From: Selaginella moellendorffii
Taxonomy: Eukaryota; Plantae; Lycopodiophyta
Length of the DNA: 46,073 nt
Assembly (NCBI RefSeq): GCF_000143415.4
Contig: NW_003314344.1
Location: 1-46,073, forward strand
Direction: 5' to 3'
Under the pieces are notes generated by a model. That model was not told the DNA's origin. It searched no databases and saw only the letters and a program-made list of their open reading frames with translations. The stretch's first letter is position 1. The number at the start of each line of letters is the position of its first letter. The translations under genes and the position numbers were made by a program. This document shows positions 36,446 to 46,073 of this stretch, piece by piece.

Positions 36446-37214
36446 CCGTATCCAAATTCGCAATTTAAGGACATTCCATATTCAGTAAGTTTTGAGTTTA
36501 TCCCAGAGACTAACTCTTGGTACTAAGGGAGGCTTAGGGTGAAATCCCAAAGCGTGTGTTCCTCAAGGCAAGGGGCTGTGGGGGGTTCCAAATGTATAGT
36601 AGGGATAGTGGTTGGAATGCATGTTCAACCACCTGAGATATTAGTTTTGTTCCCGCTGGGCTATATCGCTCCTTGTTCTGCGTCCGGCTTGGGTCTAAGC
36701 CCAAGTTCCACACTACTCTAGTCGGTGGGGTACCCTCCTCCTCGCGTTAAGCCACCAGTATGCCAAAATTGTGCCAGACTCCATCTGACACCATTTTGCG
36801 TGTAGGTGTTGAATATGGGGAGCTGGTGCTCATGGGATTGTACTGGACCCTCGTTTTATAGCGCAACGAGCTTGGAGTTCGGCTCCAAATTCATGTGCAT
36901 TACAAATACCACATATAATGCATCTTGTTTCTCTCCCCTTAAGCCAATTGGAAAAAAAACAATTGTTTGATGAGAGAGCTTTTAATGGTTAATAATGTTA
37001 TCCATTATCTAAGGTTCCAAGAATCCACACTGACAGTATATCCAAATTTCATCCCATGATTATATGCACTATAGCATTGAAACATTGGATACACTATTTA
37101 GGTAGTCATATCAAAGTTTATATGGATAGTAACACATTGAGCTACTTCGCTACGTAGCCAAAGCTTATGCCAAAGTAGGCTCATTGGCAAAAGAAGTTCA
37201 CTAGTTCGATATTG

Positions 37215-39765
37215 CACATGAAAAAAATTGCACGTGAACCAACTTCTCTAAGCTTGTCTCTCTTCTCACAAAAGAATAAAACTCTCTTGAAAGAAAGATA
37301 GCATGAAGATGAGAGGGAGAACAAGCAATCAATGCGACAACTCTTGTGATTGACCAGTGCCTCTCGCTCATAACCCCATTTATTTCAACAATATTAATAT
37401 TATCACAATCAATTATACAATTAATATGGGTGGCTCTTTAAAATTCTCATATCTCTCTAGATTCTAAACGGTTGTATATTTTGTTGAAATTATTAACTTG
37501 TCCTTTACAAGGATACAACTAATTAAAACTCACAATAATATAAAAGAATATCTTTGTTCTTTCTTGTCAGTTTCTCCCCAAATGTTTTCTAAGTGCTTGT
37601 GCAAGGAGAAGATATAAGAGAATTCTATTTGAAGTTTGATCAAGAGCCTCCAATTGTTTTCTCTAAGAGTGTTATAGGACAGAGTTTCCTCTACAAAAGA
37701 TTCAAGCTGAAGCCTAAATCAGTTATTTTAGAGAATGTATATCACAATGAGGGTAATCTATTAGAAAAACCCATTCTTCTCGACAATAGTGTGGGAGAGA
37801 ATGGGATTTAATGGGATCTTGATAGATGTATAAGTTAGGAGATTTTAGTTATAGGATTTCTAAAGAGAGGAGAGGAGAGCACATTAGTTTCATAGCCAAC
37901 TGTGCAAAGAGTGAAAGATAAAGTTGTTATTCTCTCTTAAGATTCCCAACATAACTTCCTAGACAAGGAAGTGTTTTTTTTGGATCGGTTTTTGAAGTGG
38001 TGGATAAGGCATTTCAGCAATCTTGATCATTATGGCTAGAATTGAAGGAGTTTGAGTATATAAGAGGTAAGAAACTGCCATTTTCCTATAATGGGAATAT
38101 ATTCTTTAAATTTCCATTAGCCAGATCCCCAAAGCAGGAAGAGGGGCATGGAGACACATCTTAATCCACATAATTGGTGTAGGGTAAAGATGACCCATTT
38201 CTCCCATTTCAAAGGATCCATATCCATAGTCTATTGTGGTGGACAACTTCAATGTGTTATTGAGACATACATTTTGCTTATGGCAAGAACATATGTTTCT
38301 TCGTAGGCTCAGCAATCAATCCCCCTAAGTGTGATGGGGTTGCTATAGGGTTTAGATGCCACAAATGTGGTGTAACACTTGTGTATCGAGCATGTTGCAA
38401 TGCAAGGATGTATTATTTTCTTCCACGTGATGGATGTTTAGGCAGAGCAGCAGTGCATGTTGGACACCACCAACACACAACAGAGGAAGGAATCCACCGT
38501 GATTCTTTTCACAAATTTGAAGATTGCTCTTACTATAGATGTTAGGAAGAAAAGTGCTGCAACTCCAAAGTGTGTTCAACAGTTTGTACTAAAGGATTAT
38601 GTGGTGGACACATTGTTACAATCTGATAGCAAAAAAGAGTTCATAGAAAATAGCTTGAAGGACCTACTTTGAAATATAGAACCTATGACAAATTTAAAAA
38701 GGCAAAAGAGTAATATATAACTCTACTTTGTCACTAATAACACCCTTTTTTTTGGCAAAATAAAGAATTGAGTACGAGAAGGGTAAGATGGAAAGCTTCA
38801 TGGATTGAATGCAATTTTAAGGCTAAAGAGAAAATATCTCTAAAAGTTTATTGATGGAAGTTTGTTTGTTGGCCAAGTGACTTCAAACAGTCAATGCTCT
38901 TTCATCTTTAAGATGTCAACCCTTGGTTCTGCTTCTAGTGTGGACTTTGTACAGCAAATGAATATAGATGAAGATAGGGACTTGATTAATTTTTGGATCC
39001 ATTTCAACCATATAAAATTAGTTTTAGATTGGTTAACTATGGGAGCTCATGATTATGATCACAAGTAAGTGGTTTTTCATTTTTTAAGGATTCTATGTCG
39101 GTTTACATTATACCTATTCCTTCTATAGGTTGTAGTGTAGCTTGACTATAGTTATAGTTGAATTCAATGTTCAGGATTTCCAAACTCAAACCATCTTTTG
39201 AACATATATGTCTGACATTGTTCAACAACGAACCAGGAAGAAACCCAACTTCTGTGGTTTAATGGTAGATGTTGCTAGTGCTAATTGGCTGGATGTATAG
39301 CAAATGTTTAGAGGTGATAAAAATCAGCCATTACAAGGTAAAGAAAATAGTTGTGAATTTCATTGGGCAAAAAGTGTCAACTAGGTCTTCCATTTCAAAA
39401 GGTGCACAAGAGAAGATTAAGTTGGCAAAGGAGTTGAAGTGCACAATCACAAAGACAAACCACATCAATGATGTGGCTAAAGAGTTTGTTGTTATGATTA
39501 ACCAATAAAATATAAATATAAATATCGATCTAAACACTAAAAACAATCTAAAAACACTTCTCAAGCTTCATAATTGTAAGGCTTGCCTGGTGAATATGAT
39601 GGTCAATTTTAGGATTTTGGTTTAGTTCTTGTATAAAAATGTAATAGATGTGCTTGCAAGCTAAGTATACCTTTCCTATACACTCTTTTTATAAAATTTG
39701 GGTAGGTACATGATGAATTTTTGTAGATTCTGATAGTGTAGTTTGTACCCTTTAATGACTTGAAG
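37215..39765 (+). pseudogene. Degenerate MULE transposase copy C with upstream region, a large internal deletion (~39383) and an inverted 3' end (~39500-39765)
   Basis: Colinear with 1410-3545, then jumps to the equivalent of ~4785. The terminal SWIM segment is on the minus strand. Confidence 0.88.
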
Positions 39766-41869
39766 AACATCTAAGTCAATCACATTTAGGATGATGTCTG
39801 TAAAGCTGTCATATCCTGGTAAAGCAAGAGCAGCACACTCGTTAGCTCGTGTGGCATTATGCCAATTCCCAATGTGGCATAGAGCATGGTAGTTCTAGGA
39901 ATAAACCTGGAAAAAAAATAGAATAGAGTTAATTTGTAAATAAAGAAGTCACATGCCTTTTGCTTCTACCCACTAGTGCCTTTTGTGTCAACTGCCATAC
40001 TCGAAAGAAGGCAGCCAGATGAAAACTTGACAAATCCATCATTGTTGTCAACTAAGTGTGCGAGAAGGCCTTCCCACATTAGAGAGCGGGGAAGGATCAT
40101 GACAACCACACACTTGTATGTCATGAAGCTGCTTGCAACCTGTAAAGCTTGGGAAATGTGTTGGGCCTACAACACATTCCGTGACAAAGTATCCACCTGC
40201 GGTAGTGGCATCCCATCAGGAAGATGGAAAAAGATGAAATCAATCTTCCTATAAGGTGTAAGCTGACTCAAGCCATGGATCCACCGATCAAGCATGTAAA
40301 GCTTCTGACTAGTAGCATCTAAAAGCTGCATGTAATCCCCAATGAGAACAGCAACTTCCCCAACACTAGCCGTTGGGGATAGAGGACGAACCTGAAAATT
40401 AATTATTAGAACTAAAAGTTGGAGATAAAATTCATGCTTACTAACATGTTTGTGCATAGCTACAAAGGAGAGCTCTTCCAAGTCATCGTTTGTAGCCGTC
40501 CAAATCAAATTCCTTACTCTTATGAAAGGTTTCACAATGGCCCCTTCAGGGGTTGTGAGGAGCAGGTGCTACAATCTTTTGTGCTGGAATCTTTTATAAA
40601 GTTTACTCTAGTTCAACGATATTTGGATTTGGCATCTCCTAAATGGTTTCCTGAGTGTGGACTCCTGGGTTTAGTTGTTGAACTTCAACAATGTTGTTAT
40701 CATAGTTGGAAAGAGCCTTTGGAAAATAAGAATATAACTCAAGGTTAATATTTCCTAGCTAAGTGCTAAGTTTCACGTGAACCTAGATGATATTCAGGTA
40801 GAGATCCAGCTCAAAGTCTAATGTCAACATCTACTCTATGAGTTCAAGGTATCATAGGCATAGCTCCCTCTCATGTGTACAAGGACAATAGAACTTTGGC
40901 TCATACATCCTAAGCTTCTTGCCCCTAGTTAGGAGCTTTTGCAAAACACCGGTTGTGTATACTGGTGTGCCAAGGCAATATTTTAAATATCTATAAAGAA
41001 AACAAAAATATAAATACCAATATATAAACAAGATTTGAGAAAATAAATGTAAACCATATGTCTCACAAGAAATGGTTGTCTTGGTTGGTTCTTGAACTCA
41101 GCCAAGCTCATCCCACCACGTGGAAGCCAACCATTCCCTAGCTTTACAAGACAAGCACAAATATATTCTTCAAGAGTGATACCTGTGCGGGTGCTAGAAA
41201 GAAACTTCTCATCCTAGACTTGTACCATCTCCTCACCAGTGGCAATACTCTAAGAAATGTATGCCTTCTCTTTCATCACCTTCTCCATCCTTATCTTATA
41301 ACATTTTTCGTTGTTTCACAGCCAAGTGTTGAGAAGTTCTAAATAAATGCTTTGCAAAGGACATTTTACTCTTAGAGATATTGTAAATGAGTTCTTCCAG
41401 TGCTTTATCAATTCCTACACATACAAAGAGTTATGCAAATTTTAGAAGAACTTACGAATGTGAGACTAAATCTCGGCAATGCTATCAAACCATTCCTACC
41501 TGTATCATATGTCTGCAATCAAGAGCAACTTTTTCACATTTATTCTCTTCATATTCAAAATTCACTGCTCAATTGCATGCCACTCCATCTCCTTTTGCTG
41601 GTCGTCCCCTTGGGCATTTTTAAAGAATGAGGCTCTTTCTCCTTTGATTATGGGCTGCAAGAAACATTATAATATAAGTTGATACATATTTCAACATTAA
41701 TTTACCTTCACCCAGACAACAACTAGAAAATCAAGTGGTAGCTGGTACCAAGTCTGTAATTCTTGGCCTTTCCTAGTTACTAGCTTCACTCGAATTACTT
41801 CAAATACCTCACGATTGTACAACATTTGGACCTCTTCTAGTGAAAGCAGTGCTCAATGCCATGTACCAA
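39766..41869 (-). pseudogene. Degenerate ParB-MTase cargo gene (middle and C-terminal exons), copy C
   Basis: Minus-strand peptides WYQLPLDFLVVVWVK, VRPLSPTASVGEVAVLIGDY, FIFFHLPDG and LPGYDSFTDII match WYKNPVAFMTAVWSK, IRPVSPVAFHGEVGIFIGSY, FMLFDMPDG and LPGYDSFTDII in copy B. Confidence 0.8.
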
Positions 41870-42101
41870 TGTTAGGCACCAGCTTTGACGTGGTTCAAAG
41901 GGAGGCTCAAGGCTATATTAAGGAATGTTAGGGTAAGGGATTTAACCTACCCTAGGGATCATAGTGGACTGGTGGCACACTAGAGTTTTTGAGGTAGCTT
42001 GGGGCTGGTTAAATGGTGAGGAACCTCAAGAGGTGGCATAGTAAAGTTTAGGAAGACTAGATTTCTGTCTTTTTGTGCCGGATATAACATTGGTATCAGA
42101 G
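41870..42101 (+). repeat. 5' LTR (41870-42089) and tRNA-iMet PBS
   Basis: TGTTA...TAACA followed by TGGTATCAGAG at 42091. Confidence 0.8.
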
Positions 42102-42114
42102 GAGTTGATTGCAA

Positions 42115-45100
42115 TGGCTAACCAAGTTGAATGTTGGAATCCTATTGTTGATAGTGGTGCCGAAGATGGTGCTGATGGAGCTGCGGAGGTTTGGACCATT
42201 CAAGATGTTGTTCATGAGCTGCGAGCCCTTAATCAAAATCAGCAAAAGATGCAAGACGAGATACATGGCATGATGGATACTATGCACAAACATGTTTAAG
42301 CACTCAAGGCAGGACGTGGTAGCGCTCTAAATAAGCCTTCCTTGGTAGATCAACTCAAGATTCCAACATTTTCCAGTGATAGTGGTATGGACAAGTGTCT
42401 TGCCTGGCTAGCCAATGTGAAGAAGTTCTTGGTTGCTAGGGGAACTCTAGATATAGAGGCTTTAATGACTATTCCAATGGTTTTGTGTGATTTAGGTCTT
42501 TCATGGTGGAATTGGCTTGAGGAGTCTTGTGTTGTGGATAAAAAATCACCAGTGTCTACCATAGATAAGTTTGAGGCTGCTTTCTGTTTACGTTATGCCC
42601 CTCACTACGATATAGAGAATGCTCACATAGAACTTCGACGTTTCCAGTAAGGCTCGGGGATTATATTGAGAAGCTTACTCATTTAATTAGCCGTGTTCCA
42701 ATGAAGGATCCAGATCAAGACAAGTCGTACTTTCATTTGGCAATACTTGCATCCTTCACAGCCTACAAAGAGTTTCAAGGAGCTCTTTCATGTGGTTTAT
42801 TGACTTGACAATTGATAAGCACAAGTCTCGCCAGCGTTCACAAAGTCCTTCTGTCAAGAATCGTCATGATGATCATCATGGACACAAAGATGGCAACAAG
42901 CATCACAAGTTGAAGTCTGTGGTGACTACTTCAGATGCAAAGGGGTCAAAGAAGCAGAAGTTCTTTGTGAAAAATTATAGGCATGGTTGTCATCATTGTG
43001 GTGAGCTTGGACACTATAAAGCTGATTGTTCACAAGTGAAGAACAAACAACAAGGCAAGAAGAATGATTAATCTTCTACTGACAGTAAGTTAGATACTAA
43101 AAAGTTGCAAACTTTGCAACGTGAGGATGATCATTCTGGTCAAAGGAAGAAGCTTTCGATCATTTCTCGTCAACTCAATTATGTGTAAAACAAAATGGAG
43201 CTTGAGGATACTCATGAATCAACTTTAATACTGGAGGGCATGTTCTATGGTGGTCCAAATGTGGATTTTACTAGATAGTGGGAGTGATGACAACTTTGTT
43301 TTAGCAAAGTTTATTGCGGAGCATGGCTTGGTGACATGAGGAGTTATTTCATATATGGTAGAAGGTGGAACTATCTCTACCTAGCATTTCAATGCTTGTG
43401 TAGAGAGGCTAGAAGTGTTAGTTGGCAAAACCACACTTGTGAAGTCTTTTTATCTTGCGGATATCCATCGTATGGATCTCATTCTTGGGATGTCATGGAG
43501 ACTTTTTATCTTGCGGATATCCATTGTGTGGATCTCATTCCTGGGATGCCATGGTTGGTGAAGGTGGATCTGGAGATAAAATGGAGTATTAAGCGTGTCT
43601 CACTAGAGTACAATGGCATTAAAGATATGTGGTTTGGAGAGGGAGTTCAACCTCCAGTTGTTATACTCTCTACTACATCTTTGAAGCAGGATTGTCATAA
43701 TGGAAAAGCACTTTTAAGTTACTTGATGTTTGTTTATAACTTGGGGGACCAAGGCATATGTGGGGGAGAAGCAACAGTATAGAATGTACTTGACAAGTTT
43801 TTCAATATTTTTCCATCTAAACTTCCTCATAGGTTGCCTTCATTACGAGGTGTGGAGTAATATTCTTGTTTTCAGCAAGTGGCTTTTCCTTTGACATGGT
43901 TATTATGCAAGAACATGCCATTTGAGTGGAAGAAGCCATAAGAGGAGAGTTTTATGGAGCTAAGACGATTGTTGAGCAAGGCTCCAGTGCTTTGCATTGT
44001 TTATCCATCAAAACCTTATGAGGTGACATGTGATGGGAGTAGTTATGCATTAGGAGGAGTTCTCATGCAAGAGGGACAACCTATTGCATATGAGAGCCGA
44101 ACTTTAAATCCTGCAAAGCAATGCTATTCCACATATGAGCAAGAATTACTCTCTATTGTTTATGCTTTGGGGATGTGGTGGCACTATCTTTATAGTGCAG
44201 TGGTTGTGGTGTTGACAGATCATAAACCATTTTTGTATTTTTCACACAAAAGGAGTTAAACACTAATCAAGCTCGTTGGATGATCAAACTCATGGAGTTT
44301 GGGGAGTTTCCTATTGAGCATCATTTGGAAAAATCAAATGTGGTGGTAGATGCTTTATCTCATGTTCATCATGTGACAGCATTACAAACACGGTTTTGTC
44401 ATTATTTGAATAAGGTGGTCAGCAAGTTTGGGCAATTGGTTGAGCGTGCTCAAACTCAGGATGCTGAGGTGCCCTTTTTGCCAGACCAGATAGAAACCCT
44501 TTTCTCATTGGTGGATGGGATTCTCTACTATAATGGCCGTGTATATTTGCCATAGGTGGATGTGTTAATTACCCAAGTTTTATTCCACTATCATGATCGT
44601 CCAGAGGCCGGTCATATTGGGGGGAAGAAGACATATAAGTTGATTAAGTGCAATTTTTATAGGAGGAATATGAAGGTTGATATTTTCGAGTATTCTAAAT
44701 CATGCGAGCTTTGTTAGCGGGTTAAGATGCCACAGGAGAAGCTGAGGGGACTGTTGCAACCTTTACCTATTCCTCAAAGCCATTGGTGTAGTATCTTTAT
44801 AGACTTCATCACTTGTTTGCCACAAACACAGAAGCAAAAGGAGCAAGTATGGGTCATAGTGGATGGATTGACAAAGTATGTGTGGTTGTTGGCTCTTCGA
44901 AAGACTATCACTGCCTCAGACTTCATTGTGGTCTACTTGGAGAAGGAGCAAAAGATGCAAGACGAGATGCATGGCATGATGGATACCATGGATGAGCGTG
45001 TTGAGGCACTCGAGGCTAGACATGGTAGCATTCTGAGTAAGCTTTCCTTAGTAGATCGACTCAAAATTCCAACTTTTTCGGGTGATGGTGGTGTGGACGA

Positions 45101-46073
45101 GTGTCTTGCTTGGCTAGCCAATGTGAATAAGTTTTTGGCTACTAGGGGAACTCCAGATGTAGAGGCTTTATTGGCCATTCCAATGGTTTTGCATGATGTG
45201 GGTCTTCAATGATGGAATTGGTTTGAAGAGTCTCGGTTGTAGATAAGAAACCACCAATGTCTACCATGGATGAGTTTGATGCTGCTTTCTGTTTATGTTT
45301 TGCCCCTCACTACGATGTGGAGAATGCTTGCCCAGAACTTTGACATTTCCAGTCAGGGAAAATGACACTCAAGAATTATATTGAAAAGCTTACTCACTTG
45401 ATTAACCGTATTCCAATGAAGGATCCAGATCAAAACAAGTCTTACTTCATTGATGGCCTTCATAGTGAGAGCATGCAACAACACTTGCGTCATTCTCAGC
45501 TTACAAAGAGTTTGGAAGAGCTTTTGGATGCAATTTGTCAACTTTGACAATAACAAACACAAGTCTCGCAAGTGTTTGCAGAGTCCTTTTGTCGAGAATC
45601 GTCATAATGATTGCTATGGACACAAGGATGGGTACAAGCATCACAAGTTGAAGTCAATGGTCACTACTTCGGATGCAAAGGGTCAAAGAAGCAGAAGTTC
45701 TTTGTGAAGAATTATATACAAGGTTGTCATCACTGCAGCGAGCTTGATTATTACAAGGCTAATTGTCCATAGCTGAAGAACAAGCAGCAGGGCAAGAAGA
45801 ATCGCTAATCTTCTACTAACAGTAAATCAAATATTAAAAAGTAGCAAACTTTGTAGCGTGAGGATGATGGGGATGACTATTTTGGTTGGAGGAAGAGGCT
45901 TTTGATCGTTGCTCATCAACCCACTTGTATATGGAACAAGATGGAGCTTGAGGATACTTGTGAATCAGCTTTAATGTTGGAGGGCATGTTTTGTGGTGGT
46001 CCAATGTGGATTTTACTGGATAATGGGAGTGATGACAATTTTGTTTCAGTGAAGTTTGTTATGGAGCATGGCC
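42115..46073 (+). mobile_element. Decayed Ty3/gypsy gag-pol with RT deleted and a second gag-pro copy fused into the integrase
   Basis: Gag KIPTFS; CHHCGELGHYKADC knuckle; RNase H YEVTCDGSSYALGGVL; integrase LQPLPIP...FIDFITCLP. From ~44948 the sequence repeats 42241 onward. Confidence 0.88.

Overview
Repeat-dense eukaryotic (plant-like) genomic DNA with two N-gaps. No host gene is recognisable. Decayed Ty3/gypsy retrotransposons are interleaved with several copies of one unusual Mutator-like (MULE) DNA transposon family. The best copy (B, 14767-26991) has imperfect terminal inverted repeats and a 9-bp flanking direct repeat (CACAATGGA). It carries three kinds of gene: (i) a spliced transposase with a GCM/WRKY-like Zn domain, a DDE core with CxxH, an extra Cys-rich domain and a C-terminal SWIM finger; (ii) head-to-head with it, a spliced gene fusing a ParB/Srx-like domain (IIDGNHRWCA) to a prokaryote-type beta-class amino (N6A/N4C) DNA-methyltransferase fold; (iii) two tandem paralogous Cys/His-rich ORFs. 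The transposase and ParB-MTase pairing recurs in two other diverged copies (1-5305 and about 37215-41869), so the MTase looks like a stable component of the family rather than a one-off capture. The spacers between the divergent genes hold palindromic or tandem repeat arrays. All transposase and MTase copies here are pseudogenised. Domain calls come from motif recognition by eye, with no database search.
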